Assembly: GCA_023262505.1 (NCBI GenBank) | Contig: JALRAP010000006.1 | Span: 42-64,041, forward strand | DNA from: Bacteroidia bacterium | GTDB lineage: Bacteria; Bacteroidota; Bacteroidia; AKYH767-A; OLB10 | DNA length: 64,000 nt | Direction of reading: 5' to 3' | In this document: positions 18,581 through 30,032 of the stretch, piece by piece | Position numbering within the stretch: the first letter of the stretch is position 1 | Layout: the number at the start of each line of letters is the position of its first letter | The notes under the pieces: model-generated | What the model was told of the DNA's origin: nothing | The model's database searches: none | Seen by the model: the letters and a program-made list of their open reading frames with translations, nothing else | Position numbers and translations under genes: made by a program

Positions 18581-19279
18581 ATGAAAAAAGCACTACTCAT
18601 TATCGCCTTGCTCTTCGCCTCCGCGGGTATCCACGCATCACACGCGGTGTCTGAGCTTCACATCAGGATGTTCGACAATTCCTGGTTTACCGTTACCATC
18701 GATCGTCAGCGCTTTACCGAGCCGGTAACCCGCTTCCACCTCGACGAGGTAGCTCCAGGTACCCGCTACATCACCATCACCAAAGTTGCCAATAACGGCT
18801 ATTACGGGCACGGAGGCATCCGCCACTTGGTAGTATTCAGCGGCTATGTTGACATACCTGCAGCCTCAGAAGTTCGCGCCATGGTTGACCGCGCACGCAG
18901 ATTCCGAATCAACCGCATTGAACCCTTATACGCTTGCGAGCCTGTCATTACTCAGCCTGTTTGCAACATGCCCCCTGTGATACCAGTAGTATACGGCATG
19001 GATGACTACGCCTTCGGTGGACTGATGAATACCCTGCGTAACATGAACTTTGAAAGCAGTCGTATGGCTGTGGCTAGAAACGCCATCATGTCAAATAACT
19101 TCACCTCACGACAAGTGGCCGATATGATGGGACTGATGACCTTCGATTCGTCGAGGTTGGAATTGGCCAAACTAGCCTACGGCAAAACCATAGACCGCGA
19201 AAACTACTGGGTGGTTTACGACCTATTCGCCTTTGAAAGCAGCATCGTTGAGCTGAACAATTATATAAGCAGAGCCTGA
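18581..19279 (+). CDS. DUF4476 domain-containing secreted protein
   Basis: Signal peptide MKKALLIIALLFASAGIHA. The C-terminal region MSNNFTSRQVADMMGLMTFDSSRLELAKLAYGKTIDRENYWVVYDLFAFESSIVELNNYI matches the DUF4476 pattern. Confidence 0.7.
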   Translation: MKKALLIIALLFASAGIHASHAVSELHIRMFDNSWFTVTIDRQRFTEPVTRFHLDEVAPGTRYITITKVANNGYYGHGGIRHLVVFSGYVDIPAASEVRAMVDRARRFRINRIEPLYACEPVITQPVCNMPPVIPVVYGMDDYAFGGLMNTLRNMNFESSRMAVARNAIMSNNFTSRQVADMMGLMTFDSSRLELAKLAYGKTIDRENYWVVYDLFAFESSIVELNNYISRA

Positions 19280-19305
19280 CCCGTAAGTCGGACCTGATCA
19301 ACGAA

Positions 19306-19332
19306 GCGGACCCGTAAGTCCGCTTTTTTATT
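19306..19332 (+). terminator. Intrinsic terminator after the DUF4476 gene
   Basis: gcggac ccgtaa gtccgc followed by ttttttatt. The motif gacccgtaagtc also occurs 20 bp upstream as a direct repeat. Confidence 0.65.
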
Positions 19333-19570
19333 GGAAGAATAAATTCACCGACTGCTTTTTCACATACGAAGCCAAGCGATTTGTATCCTCTACAAAACCG
19401 ATTTGCTTGATGAGCTTGTTGCAAACAACCACCTCCACATAGCGCCCGTACAATTCATACAAGGCGCAGGTGTTGTCGCGTCGCTTGCGCAAGGCGATGA
19501 AATTTCCCTCTTCTAATAATAGCTCGGCCCTGGTTTCAAGGTCCTCCGAAAGAAATTTTCCTATGTCCAT
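19328..19570 (-). CDS. Hypothetical protein (80 aa); weak call
   Basis: ORF MDIGKFLSEDLETRAELLLEEG... with reasonable composition. Its stop overlaps the T-tract of the neighbouring terminator. No family recognised. Confidence 0.3.
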   Translation of the reverse strand: MDIGKFLSEDLETRAELLLEEGNFIALRKRRDNTCALYELYGRYVEVVVCNKLIKQIGFVEDTNRLASYVKKQSVNLFFQ

Positions 19571-19781
19571 GCGCACTTATACCCTAAAACGGCTTCACGG
19601 TTTTTTAAAAAAAGGGGCAAACCTTACAGCTAGATTTCATTTTCCACGACAATCAAAACACATTAAATACTTGTATTTCAAACCTGTTTATGAGTTGTTA
19701 ACCGTTGAAAAGTTATATCTCGGTTGAAGCCGATGCCTTGGTCTATTGGTAATTTTGAGGAATCAAATCCAACGAACCATT

Positions 19782-20378
19782 ATGAAAGTTGCCAAGATTC
19801 TTATTTGTGTTTTCACAGCAAGTATGTTGTTTAGCTCGTGCTCTTTTGAAAAGCGATTATATAACAAGGGCTATCACATAGATTGGGTATCCAAAAGCCA
19901 TAAGCCCGTTAACAGCACAGAGACTACAGAAAACCATCCATCAGTTAATGAATATGTCTCTTTCAATAAACCCGGAACAGATGTTGCAAAAAAACCCGGC
20001 GCTACTCAAGATTTCGTTTCACCAATAAGCATTGTTAAACCAACAGAAAAAAACGACTTTGCCTTAGCCTCAGAGGAAACGGTTTTTTCACCATCCTCCA
20101 CTTTCTCCCCCGCTACTGAAACGGAAAGAGCTGAAACGAAAGTTTCTGCTTCAGACGTGCTTCCCAAAAACAAACTGCTACTCAAGAAGCTTGCTCGTCG
20201 TGGTGCAGACGATACGGTTCTTTATGTGATATTGGCTCTATTGATTCCGCCATTGGCCATGTTCCTTTATGAAGGGAAAAACTGGACAGACCGCTGTACT
20301 TTGAATTTAATCCTGACACTATTATGTTGGCTACCCGGTGTTATCCACGCCGTTTTCGTGATTTTAGACAACCGTTGA
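19782..20378 (+). CDS. Lipoprotein with C-terminal Pmp3/YqaE (UPF0057) proteolipid domain
   Basis: Lipobox MKVAKILICVFTASMLFSSCSF. Ser/Thr/Glu-rich low-complexity middle. C-terminus LYVILALLIPPLAMFLYEGKNWTDRCTLNLILTLLCWLPGVIHAVFVIL matches YqaE/Pmp3. Confidence 0.65.
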   Translation: MKVAKILICVFTASMLFSSCSFEKRLYNKGYHIDWVSKSHKPVNSTETTENHPSVNEYVSFNKPGTDVAKKPGATQDFVSPISIVKPTEKNDFALASEETVFSPSSTFSPATETERAETKVSASDVLPKNKLLLKKLARRGADDTVLYVILALLIPPLAMFLYEGKNWTDRCTLNLILTLLCWLPGVIHAVFVILDNR

Positions 20379-20379
20379 T

Positions 20380-20691
20380 TTGAAAAAACCGCTACATAAG
20401 GTCCTGTTGCTACTGATGGTGACAGGACCTTTTTATTTGTTATGGCTACCCTCGGATTATTTCGACCACGGAGAAACTTTGTGTTTGTATAAAAACCTTT
20501 TTGATTTCAATTGTCCTGGATGCGGCTTGACTCGCGGCATCATGCACTTGCTGCATTTGGATGTTGCACAAGCCTGGGAGTATTCACCCATTGCATTTGT
20601 TGTAGCGCCCTTGTTGGGGATGTTGTGGCTACACCTGTTGGGGAAGCTTATTGGCAGAAAAATATTCTCCTTTTTCGAGAAGCTTTACTGA
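20380..20691 (+). CDS. DUF2752 domain-containing membrane protein
   Basis: CPGCGLTRG (the CPxCGxTR signature of DUF2752), flanked by hydrophobic helices. Starts 2 bp after the previous stop. Confidence 0.65.
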   Translation: MKKPLHKVLLLLMVTGPFYLLWLPSDYFDHGETLCLYKNLFDFNCPGCGLTRGIMHLLHLDVAQAWEYSPIAFVVAPLLGMLWLHLLGKLIGRKIFSFFEKLY

Positions 20692-22403
20692 TGTTGCTCG
20701 GTCCATGACCGGATTACATCCAAGCCTGGAAGCGATTCCGATATTTTCAACTTCTTACGCATCCCACCCATATCGTTAAACAGTTTGTTGAGGTTTGCGC
20801 CCTTAAGCTGTTCTTTGGATGTAATGCCAAGTTTTGAAAGCAAGCCGCTCCATGGTTCGGGAACCCCCTCTATGCCGATAGCTGATGCGGATGAACCCTG
20901 TTGTGTCTCGGGGCGCATCTGCGGAAAAAACAACACATCCTGTATCGAAGGTGAGTTGGTCATGATCATCGACAAACGGTCGATGCCGATTCCCAATCCA
21001 GCCGTAGGGGGCATGCCGTATTCAATGGCGCGCAGGAAATCCTCGTCCAACTGCATGGCCTCTTCATCACCTCGCTTACCCAATTCCAACTGCTCTTCAA
21101 AGCGCATACGCTGATCGATCGGGTCGTTCAACTCGCTGAATGCATTACACATTTCCTTGCCGTTGCATATGGCTTCGAAACGCTCCACCAATCCTGGTTT
21201 GGATCGATGCTTTTTCGCCAAGGGCGACATCTCTACGGGATAATCGGTGATGAATGTCGGTTGTATCAGTTTATGTTCGCAGGTTTCTCCGAAAATCTCG
21301 TCTATCAACTTGCCGCGGCCCATGGTATCATCGGTTTTGATGCCCATCTTTTCAGCGGCTGCGCGCATCTCCAATTCGGTCATCTCAGAAATATCGACAC
21401 CGGTGAAATGCTGAATGGCCTCATACATGGTGAAGCGCTTCCAAGGACGCTGGAAGTCGATCACGTTTTCCCCCACAGTAACCTTGGTGGTGCCGTGCAG
21501 GTCCAATGCAACGCGCTCTACCATCTCCTCCACCAAGTTCATCATCCATTGGTAATCCTTGTAGGCCACATACAACTCCATCTGCGTGAACTCCGGGTTG
21601 TGAAACCTGCTCATCCCTTCGTTGCGGAAATCCTTTGAAAACTCATACACCCCGTCGAATCCTCCAACTATGAGTCGCTTCAAGTAAAGCTCGTTGGCGA
21701 TACGCAAATAAAGCGTCATGTCGAGCGTGTTGTGATGCGTCTTGAATGGACGTGCAGCGGCGCCTCCGTATAGCGGCTGAAGTATGGGCGTTTCGACCTC
21801 CAAATAACCTTTGTCGTTGAGGAAATTCCGCATCGAATTGGTCAGCATTGTGCGCTTGACAAATGCATCACGCACATGCGGGTTCACAATCAAGTCCACA
21901 TAGCGTTGACGGTAGCGAAGCTCTGGATCCGAAAATGCGTCATACACCACGCCGTCTTTTTCCTTAACGATAGGCAAAGGGCGGAGTGATTTGGAAAGCA
22001 CCTTGAATGAGGTTACGTGGATGCTGATCTCCCCCAACTGCGTCTTGAAAGCATAACCATTAACACCGATGATATCGCCGATGTCCAACAGTTTTTTGAA
22101 AACCGTATTGTATAAGGTTTTGTCTTCGCCCGGGCACAAATCATCGCGGCGGAAGTAGAGTTGAATGCGACCAGAGGAATCCTGCAACTCGGCAAACGAA
22201 GCGTTTCCCATGATGCGGCGGCTCATGATACGACCCGCCAGCTTCAAATCGCGCAACTCGGATTCCTTGCTCTCAAAATGCTCGTTCACATAAGAGGCCG
22301 AAGTGTTGATTTCGAAAAGGTCTGCCGGATAAGGCTCGACGCCTAACTCCTGAAGTTCCTTCAGCGCACCACGGCGCAACTGCTCCTGCTCGTTGAGTTC
22401 CAT
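20685..22403 (-). CDS. lysS: Lysine--tRNA ligase (class II) with Bacteroidota-type C-terminal extension
   Basis: Anticodon-binding N-terminus [29 protein letters not shown]. Class II motifs [20 protein letters not shown] and [13 protein letters not shown]. About 70 extra C-terminal residues. Confidence 0.95.
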   Translation of the reverse strand: MELNEQEQLRRGALKELQELGVEPYPADLFEINTSASYVNEHFESKESELRDLKLAGRIMSRRIMGNASFAELQDSSGRIQLYFRRDDLCPGEDKTLYNTVFKKLLDIGDIIGVNGYAFKTQLGEISIHVTSFKVLSKSLRPLPIVKEKDGVVYDAFSDPELRYRQRYVDLIVNPHVRDAFVKRTMLTNSMRNFLNDKGYLEVETPILQPLYGGAAARPFKTHHNTLDMTLYLRIANELYLKRLIVGGFDGVYEFSKDFRNEGMSRFHNPEFTQMELYVAYKDYQWMMNLVEEMVERVALDLHGTTKVTVGENVIDFQRPWKRFTMYEAIQHFTGVDISEMTELEMRAAAEKMGIKTDDTMGRGKLIDEIFGETCEHKLIQPTFITDYPVEMSPLAKKHRSKPGLVERFEAICNGKEMCNAFSELNDPIDQRMRFEEQLELGKRGDEEAMQLDEDFLRAIEYGMPPTAGLGIGIDRLSMIMTNSPSIQDVLFFPQMRPETQQGSSASAIGIEGVPEPWSGLLSKLGITSKEQLKGANLNKLFNDMGGMRKKLKISESLPGLDVIRSWTEQHQ

Positions 22404-22412
22404 AAAATACTA

Positions 22413-25247
22413 TCAGGCAAGTGTTCTCTTAACGGCAACCTGCTCGTAACCTTCGATGATGTCGCCGATTTGAATATCGTTGAAATTGTTGATGCTTAAT
22501 CCGCACTCGTAACCGGAAGCAACCTCTTTCACATCGTCTTTGAAACGACGCAATGAAGACAGCTCACCTGAATATGTTACGATGCCATCGCGAATGACAC
22601 GAACTTTGGTGTTGCGATTGATCTTTCCGTCCAACACCATACATCCCGCAACCGTTCCGGCTTTTGGAATCTTGAATGTTTCACGCACCTCGATATTGCA
22701 CACGATCTTCTCTTCGAATTCGGGTGCCAACATACCTTCCATCGCCGATTTAAGTTCGTTGATGGCGTCGTAGATGATAGAGTATAAACGGATATCGATT
22801 TCTTCTTGCTCGGCAAGCTTGCGTGCGTTGAGTGAAGGACGTACCTGGAAGCCGATGATGATGGCGTTGGATGCAGCAGCGAGATTCACATCTGTTTCGG
22901 TAATTGCACCTACCGATTTGTGAATCACGTTCACCTGTATCTCGGCGGTTGAAAGCTTCAGCAAGGAATCCGCCAAGGCTTCTACCGAACCGTCCACGTC
23001 ACCTTTTACGATTACGTTCAGCTCTTTGAAGTTTCCGATAGCCAAGCGACGACCGATTTCGTCGAGGGTGATATGTTTATGTGTTCGGATGCCTTGTTCG
23101 CGTTGCAATTGCTGACGCTTATTGGCGATATCACGAGCCTCGCGCTCATCATCCATCACATGGAACTGGTCGCCCGCTTGTACAGGACCTGGCATACCGA
23201 GCATGATTACCGGCTGCGAGGGTCCTACTTGCTGCATCTTACCGCCACGCTCGTTGAAAAGCGCCTTCACCTTGCCAGCTTGTTTTCCCGCCAAAACGGT
23301 GTCCCCGATGTGCAACGTACCGGCTTGCACCAACATAGTGGTTACATAACCTCGGCCTTTATCAAGAGATGATTCGATAACGGTTCCGATAGCGTTCTTG
23401 TCAGGATTTGCTTTCAAGTCGAGGATTTCGGCCTCGAGCAAAACCTTTTCCAAAAGCGTGTTCACATTCAAGCCTTTCTTGGCCGATATTTCCTGACACT
23501 GGAATTTTCCACCCCAGTCCTCTACCAAAATGTTCATCTTGGAGAGTTGCTCGCGAATCCTTTCGGGAGCGGCACCGGGTTTATCTATTTTATTGATGGC
23601 GAAAACGATTGGAACGTTTGCCGCTTGTGCGTGATTGATCGCCTCGATGGTTTGTGGCATCACACTATCATCCGCCGCGATAACGATGATGGCCACGTCG
23701 GTAACCTTGGCTCCGCGTGCACGCATAGCAGTAAACGCTTCGTGACCGGGAGTATCCAAGAATGTGATTTTCCTGCCATCTTCCAATGCAACTTCATAGG
23801 CGCCGATGTGCTGTGTTATTCCACCTGCTTCGCCGGATATTACATTGGCTTTACGGATGTAATCCAGCAAAGATGTCTTACCATGATCAACGTGACCCAT
23901 AACAGTTACTATTGGTGCACGGGGCTTAAGAGATTCAGGGTCGTCTGGTTTGTCTTGTATTGCCTCTTGTACATCGGCGGACACAAACTCCACCTTGAAA
24001 CCGAACTCATCTGCAACAACCGATAGCGTTTCGGCATCGAGTCGTTGGTTGATGGATACTATGATGCCCAAGCTCATGCACGTGGCGATGATTTGCGTTA
24101 CGGGCACGTTCAACATCTTGGCTAGTTCGCTTGCTGTTACGAACTCGGTTACCTTGATGGTTTTATTCAGGTTGAGTTCTTCAGCAGCCGTTTCTTCTTC
24201 ACGACGAAGCGCCTCACGTTTCTCCTTACGGTATTTGGAACCCTTGGTCTTGCCTCCAGATCCGCTCAAGCGAGCCAAGGTAGCTTTGATCTGGTCTTGA
24301 ATCTCCTTATCCGTAGGCTCTGCTTTTGCAGCGGGTGCGGGACGCTTACCGCGATTGGGTCCACCACCTGGGCGACCCCAATCCGTTTTATCTGTGGGAG
24401 GCCTTTGGAAAGAAGAGTCGGTAATATTAACCTTCTTCTCGGTGCGCTTTCTCTTCTTCTTTTCATCAGCACTTGATGGGCCTCCTTTTTTCTTAGGCTG
24501 CTCAACGGGTAATTCTATTTTTCCAAGAATGGTTGGACCGGATAGCTTGTCTCGATCCATTCTGAAAGGTGCGGCCGGTGCGGTGGGAGATTCCGGTTCT
24601 GAAGGAGGTTCAACAGGCGGCTCGGGCATAGGCTCGGTAGCAGGCTCCACCGCTTGGGGTGCTTCTACAACTTCTGGCTCGGGCTCAACTGTGGCCTTAG
24701 GCCTTCCTTTCTTGGTTGGTGTCTTGGCTTCCGGTTCTGGCTCCTCTTCGGTTTTTTTCTTGGCGGTTTTTTTCTTTGGCTTTTCCAAAGCGGAGAGGTC
24801 GATTTTATCGATCACTTTGGGCTGCGCCTTTTCAACTTTCGCCTTGATGAGTTCTGGCTCGGGCTCCGCTTTTTTTGCCTTGGCCTTAGGGGTCGCCTTG
24901 GTTTTTTCGGCAGCTGTTTGCTTGATTTGTATCAGCTCTCGGGTGAGAGCTTCGTCATTCTGTTCCGGCTCGGCATCTGATTTAGATGCGCCGGTTCCCG
25001 CCTTCGCCTCTATCACTACATTGTCTTTGCGGAACTTTTGGGTGGTGATTTCCTCGGCAGACTTCTTGGCCTGCAAATCTGATTGAAATTCCTTTTGGAG
25101 CAATTCATAAGCCTCCATGGTGATTTTGGTATTGGGGCTTTTTTCGATCTTGATTCCCTTCTTGTCGAGGAAATCAACTACGTGATCGATGCCCACTCCA
25201 ATTTCCTTGAGGACCTTGTTGAGTCTTATTGTGGCGGCTTCTGACAT
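22413..25247 (-). CDS. infB: Translation initiation factor IF-2
   Basis: G-domain [22 protein letters not shown] and NKID. The long Lys/Pro/Glu/Ala-rich N-terminal region and the beta-barrel domains are typical of IF-2. Confidence 0.95.
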   Translation of the reverse strand: MSEAATIRLNKVLKEIGVGIDHVVDFLDKKGIKIEKSPNTKITMEAYELLQKEFQSDLQAKKSAEEITTQKFRKDNVVIEAKAGTGASKSDAEPEQNDEALTRELIQIKQTAAEKTKATPKAKAKKAEPEPELIKAKVEKAQPKVIDKIDLSALEKPKKKTAKKKTEEEPEPEAKTPTKKGRPKATVEPEPEVVEAPQAVEPATEPMPEPPVEPPSEPESPTAPAAPFRMDRDKLSGPTILGKIELPVEQPKKKGGPSSADEKKKRKRTEKKVNITDSSFQRPPTDKTDWGRPGGGPNRGKRPAPAAKAEPTDKEIQDQIKATLARLSGSGGKTKGSKYRKEKREALRREEETAAEELNLNKTIKVTEFVTASELAKMLNVPVTQIIATCMSLGIIVSINQRLDAETLSVVADEFGFKVEFVSADVQEAIQDKPDDPESLKPRAPIVTVMGHVDHGKTSLLDYIRKANVISGEAGGITQHIGAYEVALEDGRKITFLDTPGHEAFTAMRARGAKVTDVAIIVIAADDSVMPQTIEAINHAQAANVPIVFAINKIDKPGAAPERIREQLSKMNILVEDWGGKFQCQEISAKKGLNVNTLLEKVLLEAEILDLKANPDKNAIGTVIESSLDKGRGYVTTMLVQAGTLHIGDTVLAGKQAGKVKALFNERGGKMQQVGPSQPVIMLGMPGPVQAGDQFHVMDDEREARDIANKRQQLQREQGIRTHKHITLDEIGRRLAIGNFKELNVIVKGDVDGSVEALADSLLKLSTAEIQVNVIHKSVGAITETDVNLAAASNAIIIGFQVRPSLNARKLAEQEEIDIRLYSIIYDAINELKSAMEGMLAPEFEEKIVCNIEVRETFKIPKAGTVAGCMVLDGKINRNTKVRVIRDGIVTYSGELSSLRRFKDDVKEVASGYECGLSINNFNDIQIGDIIEGYEQVAVKRTLA

Positions 25248-25316
25248 TATTTGTTTTTTCTTTTTTCGTTTTGTTTGATTAATCAGGGGGGCCTTTGCCC
25301 CTATCTACTACGCGTC

Positions 25317-26552
25317 TCATTCGAATTCAGAACGCAGAATGCGTAGCACTTCGCGGATGGTTTCCTCTTCGAGGTCGGTGCGTTTCACAAGGTCTTCGAG
25401 ACCGATAGCCAATACGCTCTTTGCCGTATCGCAACCGATACCCTTTAACTCATCCAATATCCACACATCGATTTCATCTGAAAACTCGTCGAGATCCACA
25501 TCCTCCTCTACATCGTCGGAATCGCGGTAAACATCGATTTCATATCCGGTAAGGCGGCCAGCCAAACGGATGTTATGTCCACCTTTTCCGATTGCCAATG
25601 AAACCTGGTCGGGCTTCATATAAACGGCCGCGCGCTTGGTTTCCTCATCAATGCGAATAGAGGAAATCTTGGCGGGTGACAAGGCGCGGGTGATATATAA
25701 GGTTAGGTTGTTGGTGTAGTTGATCACATCGATGTTCTCGTTTTTCAATTCGCGAACAATTCCATGGATGCGAGAACCCTTCATACCTACGCAAGCGCCT
25801 ACTGGGTCGATACGGTCGTCGTAAGACTCAACGGCTACCTTGGCGCGCTCGCCGGGTTCTCGTACAATATTCTTGATGGTGATGAGACCATCGAACACTT
25901 CGGGCACCTCCTGTTCGAACAAGCGTTCAAGGAAAAGTGGCGATGTTCGGGATAGGATGATTTTCGGAGTGCCGTTTACCATTTCTACGCGCACCACAAC
26001 GGAACGCACGGAATCGCCTTTGCGGAAAAAGTCGGATGGGATTTGCTCTTGCTTTGGGAGGAGAAGTTCGTTGCCTTCGTCGTCGAGCACCAGCGCCTCT
26101 TTTTTCCAAACCTGGTAAACCTCGCCTGTTACGATATCGCCAACACGATCCTTGTATTTACGGTAGATGGCGTCTTTCTCCAATTCCATCACGCGCGCCT
26201 GCAGGTTCTGGCGAGCCGCCAATACAGCACGACGACCGAACGCCTCGAGCTTTACGGGCTCTACCACATCTTCGCCCACTTCAAAATCGGGTTCGATTTT
26301 TACGGCTTCGGAGTATGGGATCTGAAGGTTCTCATCCTCGACCATGCCATCTTCAACGATGGTGCGGCTACGCCACACTTCCAAGTCACCTTTGTCGATG
26401 TTGATGATGATGTTTAGGTTGTCGGCTGTTCCGTACTTTTTCTTGAGCATGTTGCGGAACACATCTTCCAATATGGAAGTCATGGTAGGGCGGTCGATGC
26501 TTTTGAACTCCTTGAACTCCGAGAATGATTCAATAAGGACTGAGTGATCCAT
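25317..26552 (-). CDS. nusA: Transcription termination/antitermination factor NusA
   Basis: S1 and KH domains (GDIVTGEVYQV..., GACVGMKGSRIHGIVREL), in the conserved position between rimP and infB. Confidence 0.95.
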   Translation of the reverse strand: MDHSVLIESFSEFKEFKSIDRPTMTSILEDVFRNMLKKKYGTADNLNIIINIDKGDLEVWRSRTIVEDGMVEDENLQIPYSEAVKIEPDFEVGEDVVEPVKLEAFGRRAVLAARQNLQARVMELEKDAIYRKYKDRVGDIVTGEVYQVWKKEALVLDDEGNELLLPKQEQIPSDFFRKGDSVRSVVVRVEMVNGTPKIILSRTSPLFLERLFEQEVPEVFDGLITIKNIVREPGERAKVAVESYDDRIDPVGACVGMKGSRIHGIVRELKNENIDVINYTNNLTLYITRALSPAKISSIRIDEETKRAAVYMKPDQVSLAIGKGGHNIRLAGRLTGYEIDVYRDSDDVEEDVDLDEFSDEIDVWILDELKGIGCDTAKSVLAIGLEDLVKRTDLEEETIREVLRILRSEFE

Positions 26553-26554
26553 TA

Positions 26555-27025
26555 CTAGTTGTTTTTGAAAGTCAGAATTAGTTTAGTTTCCTTGATATGT
26601 TCGTATTCGAACCGGTTTTTTGTTTCGGTGATGATTTTCTTCTTGTTTTCTTTTCTGGACTGCGACTCTGTGAGTTCAAATCCTGTTTTATCGGCTGAGG
26701 CAATTACTCCTTTGTGTTCGCGGCCCTCACGCGTAACCACGCGTGCTTGTCGACCTATGCGACGGAGATACTGTTGAAATACGCGCAGTGGTTGGTCCAT
26801 GCCGGGCGACGACACCTCCAACTCGTGAGTTTCCCACACGCCTTCAGGTTCGAGAGTGTCGGAAATGAGACGGCTAAGCTCGGCGCACTCCTGCAGGGTA
26901 ATACCTGTTGGTTTGTCGATGTATACGGTGACCTTGGATGGTGATGACTTTACCTCAACCAGAAACCGGTCGGAGGAGCCAATCCATTCTTGTACCAATG
27001 ATGTTATTTTTTCTACTGAAACCAT
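26555..27025 (-). CDS. rimP: Ribosome maturation factor RimP
   Basis: FLVEVKSSPSKVTVYIDKPTGITLQECAELSRLISDTLE...LEVSSPGMDQPL. First gene of the rimP-nusA-infB operon. Confidence 0.85.
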   Translation of the reverse strand: MVSVEKITSLVQEWIGSSDRFLVEVKSSPSKVTVYIDKPTGITLQECAELSRLISDTLEPEGVWETHELEVSSPGMDQPLRVFQQYLRRIGRQARVVTREGREHKGVIASADKTGFELTESQSRKENKKKIITETKNRFEYEHIKETKLILTFKNN

Positions 27026-27282
27026 TGTGCAATAAAAAAGGGGACTTAGGTCCCCTCTTTCAAATCATATCTAATTACGAGTGCAAATATAGACAATTTT
27101 CTGATAGTTCAAGCTCGTCTGGCCCAAATCCCGAAAGGATAAACATCGCAGTGTTGAACACTTGTTCATAATACCCCAAATACGCTGATGTTCAACGTTA
27201 AATTTGTAATACATTGAAAAATAGTCACAAAAGCGTATTGTACAGATTGTAAATAGTTGATATACAAAGGTTTAAGTGTCGA

Positions 27283-27296
27283 GTTTCACGTGAAAC
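27283..27296. promoter_or_regulatory. Perfect 14-bp palindrome GTTTCACGTGAAAC, 8 bp upstream of the mnmG start codon
   Basis: Read directly from the sequence. Copy 1 of 3. Confidence 0.45.
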
Positions 27297-27303
27297 CCCA
27301 AAA

Positions 27304-29169
27304 ATGAAATACCCTGATTATGATATAATTGTGGTTGGAGCAGGTCATGCCGGTTGCGAAGCGGCGGCAGCGGCAGCCAACATGGGATCAAAAGTGCTTT
27401 TGATTACGATGAATATGCAAACCATCGCCCAAATGTCGTGTAATCCAGCAATGGGAGGGATTGCCAAAGGACAGATTGTGAGAGAGATAGATGCGCTTGG
27501 TGGTTATTCAGGCATTGTGAGTGATCGTTCCATGATTCAATTCCGCATGTTGAACCGGTCAAAGGGTCCAGCAATGTGGAGCCCACGCACACAGAACGAT
27601 CGCATGCGTTTCGCCGAGGAGTGGCGGATGATGTTGGAGCAAACCCCAAACGTTGATTTCTGGCAGGACATGGCCAGCGGAATCACAGTGGAAAACGGGT
27701 ACGTAACAGGAGTTACAACCAGCATGGGGGTAACCTTCAAATCAAAAGCTGTTGTGCTAACCAATGGCACATTTTTGAATGGACTGATTCATATCGGAGA
27801 AAAGAGATTTGGAGGCGGAAGGACCGGGGAAAAAGCCTCCACTGGAATTACGGAGCAACTGATTTCGTTGGGATTTGAGAGCGGTAGGATGAAAACGGGA
27901 ACACCACCCCGAATCGACGGCCGCTCACTCGATTATTCGAAAATGGAAGAGCAGAAGGGGGATGAACAGCCAGGCAAATTCTCCTTCACAGACACCGAGC
28001 CGCCTCGAACACAGCGGAGCTGTTTCGTTACGTATACCAATGAGGATGTCCATGAAATACTGCGCACTGGCTTCGAAAAATCACCCATGTTCAACGGGAG
28101 AATTCAAGGCTTAGGTCCCAGATACTGCCCTTCAATAGAAGATAAAATCAACCGCTTTGCAGATCGTGACAGACACCAGCTGTTCGTTGAACCGGAAGGG
28201 TGGAACACGGTAGAGATTTATGTCAACGGTTTTTCATCATCGTTGCCTGAAGACGTTCAGTATAAGGCACTTAGAACGATTCCCGGGTTCGAAAACGCTA
28301 AGATGTTCCGACCTGGCTATGCTATTGAATACGACTACTTTCCACCTATACAGCTCCAAAAGACCCTTGAGACGAAGCTGGTACAAAACTTATATTTCGC
28401 TGGCCAGATCAACGGTACCACGGGCTATGAGGAAGCGGCTTGCCAAGGCTTGATGGCGGGTATGAATGCACACCAAAAGATCAACGAGCTAGACGCCGTC
28501 GTTTTAGAGCGATCCGAGGCTTACATCGGGGTATTAATCGATGATTTAGTCACCAAAGGTACCGACGAGCCATACCGTATGTTCACCTCGCGAGCCGAGT
28601 TTCGTACGCTTTTAAGGCAGGACAATGCGGATGTTAGGCTTACTCCGTTAGGACACCGAATCGGGCTTGCCGGTGAAGATCGCTTGCGAACTATGCAACA
28701 AAAAATGGAGGATTCTGAGCGTATTGTTGACTACATGCGACAAGAAAGCATCCTGCCGGAACAAGTAAACCCAATGCTTGAATCGTTGGAGTCGGAACCC
28801 ATACGCCAAAAGCAAAAGCTGATAAACCTTTTAACCCGCCCGCAAGTCGGTATACTGGACCTCATAAACAATCTGCCAAGCCTTCAATCGCTTTCAAACC
28901 AACTGCAGCCTGATGCGATCATTGACGCGGAGATTTCAATAAAGTACCAGGGCTACATCGAAAAAGAGCGCCTTATGGCCGAGAAAATGGACAAACTAGA
29001 ACACATTGTCCTGGATGAATCCTTCGATTATAACACCATTTCATCCATTTCAGCAGAGGCTCGCCAAAAGCTTAATACAATCAAACCACGAACTCTTGGA
29101 CAAGCATCCAGGATAAGTGGCGTAAATCCATCGGATATTTCCATTCTTTTAGTCCATATGGGTCGATAG
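27304..29169 (+). CDS. mnmG: tRNA uridine 5-carboxymethylaminomethyl modification enzyme MnmG (GidA)
   Basis: FAD motif [19 protein letters not shown]. Full-length similarity across 621 aa, including [10 protein letters not shown] and [13 protein letters not shown]. Confidence 0.95.
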   Translation: MKYPDYDIIVVGAGHAGCEAAAAAANMGSKVLLITMNMQTIAQMSCNPAMGGIAKGQIVREIDALGGYSGIVSDRSMIQFRMLNRSKGPAMWSPRTQNDRMRFAEEWRMMLEQTPNVDFWQDMASGITVENGYVTGVTTSMGVTFKSKAVVLTNGTFLNGLIHIGEKRFGGGRTGEKASTGITEQLISLGFESGRMKTGTPPRIDGRSLDYSKMEEQKGDEQPGKFSFTDTEPPRTQRSCFVTYTNEDVHEILRTGFEKSPMFNGRIQGLGPRYCPSIEDKINRFADRDRHQLFVEPEGWNTVEIYVNGFSSSLPEDVQYKALRTIPGFENAKMFRPGYAIEYDYFPPIQLQKTLETKLVQNLYFAGQINGTTGYEEAACQGLMAGMNAHQKINELDAVVLERSEAYIGVLIDDLVTKGTDEPYRMFTSRAEFRTLLRQDNADVRLTPLGHRIGLAGEDRLRTMQQKMEDSERIVDYMRQESILPEQVNPMLESLESEPIRQKQKLINLLTRPQVGILDLINNLPSLQSLSNQLQPDAIIDAEISIKYQGYIEKERLMAEKMDKLEHIVLDESFDYNTISSISAEARQKLNTIKPRTLGQASRISGVNPSDISILLVHMGR

Positions 29170-29171
29170 CG

Positions 29172-29185
29172 GTTTCACGTGGAAC
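29172..29185. promoter_or_regulatory. Near-palindrome GTTTCACGTGGAAC, 3 bp after the mnmG stop (copy 2 of 3)
   Basis: Read directly from the sequence. Confidence 0.4.
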
Positions 29186-29395
29186 CTGATGTTTTGGTTT
29201 TAATTTCATTTGTTGGAATTTTTTCTTTTTATTTGAATAAAATCGATTTCACAAAAAAATATTTTTGTTTTAATTAAAGAATTTAATTCTTTTTCCAACT
29301 TTTAATTTCGTTCTTTAAAAAATTAAGGTTTTATCTTGATTAATATCCGATGCTGATTTTGGACCATGTTTGAGAACAATGAAAGAATCGTGTTC

Positions 29396-29410
29396 GTTTC
29401 ACGTGGAAAC
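29396..29410. promoter_or_regulatory. Near-palindrome GTTTCACGTGGAAAC in the long AT-rich leader of the Wzc-like gene (copy 3 of 3)
   Basis: Read directly from the sequence. Confidence 0.4.
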
Positions 29411-30032
29411 GCTCTTTAGGTTCGTTGGACTCAATGTGACCCAACAAGCCAACCAGGTAGATTAAATCATGGTCACTTGTAATGTGCGAAATCGATTCTG
29501 TTTCGTTGCTTCGATGCGTCCCTTTGGACTTTACTCAGCCGACGATAGTGATAGACAAACCTGACATATGATCCAGAGCCGGTGCTGTTAATGTTTCGCT
29601 GTCCTCGATACTGCCCTTCTTGCCATACTCAGCCAACAATAGTTGATAATCACGCTGGTATGCGGGCCAAACATTTGGAAAAAACGATACGCATATAGTC
29701 TCAGAAGGCTATCGATTCTATTGCATACACCTGCTGCGAAATACATAATCGTATTACAGAAAGCTGGCAATTTGTGTTGTGTGTTACCTAGTGTAAGACA
29801 TGTACTGATAAACCTCATTAAAAACAAGTCTTTGTGGTTGATTATCAACACCTTAAGCTTGTTTTTGGGGCGATGTTTTTATTTAAAGTGAAACTGCTTA
29901 AAGTCAAATGAAAACATGAAACATTTAGCATTCTTTATCGTAATAAGGACTCAAATCCGTTTAAAAACCGCAGGACTACGGGGCCACAACAACCAATAAT
30001 CACAATCTGAACAATCAAATACAACCAACACG

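Noticed and set aside
19577-19745. Possible terminator aaaacggcttcacggtttttt
   Set aside because: The arms are not actually complementary (cggcttcacgg is not a palindrome), so it is only an A/T-flanked segment and not a hairpin.
24355-25086. 243-aa Gly/Ser-rich + ORF
   Set aside because: Antisense shadow of the infB low-complexity N-terminal region.
29588-29891. Two overlapping small ORFs (87 aa -, 82 aa +) in the AT-rich leader
   Set aside because: They mutually overlap on opposite strands in a 35% GC non-coding leader and have no conserved features. Likely spurious.
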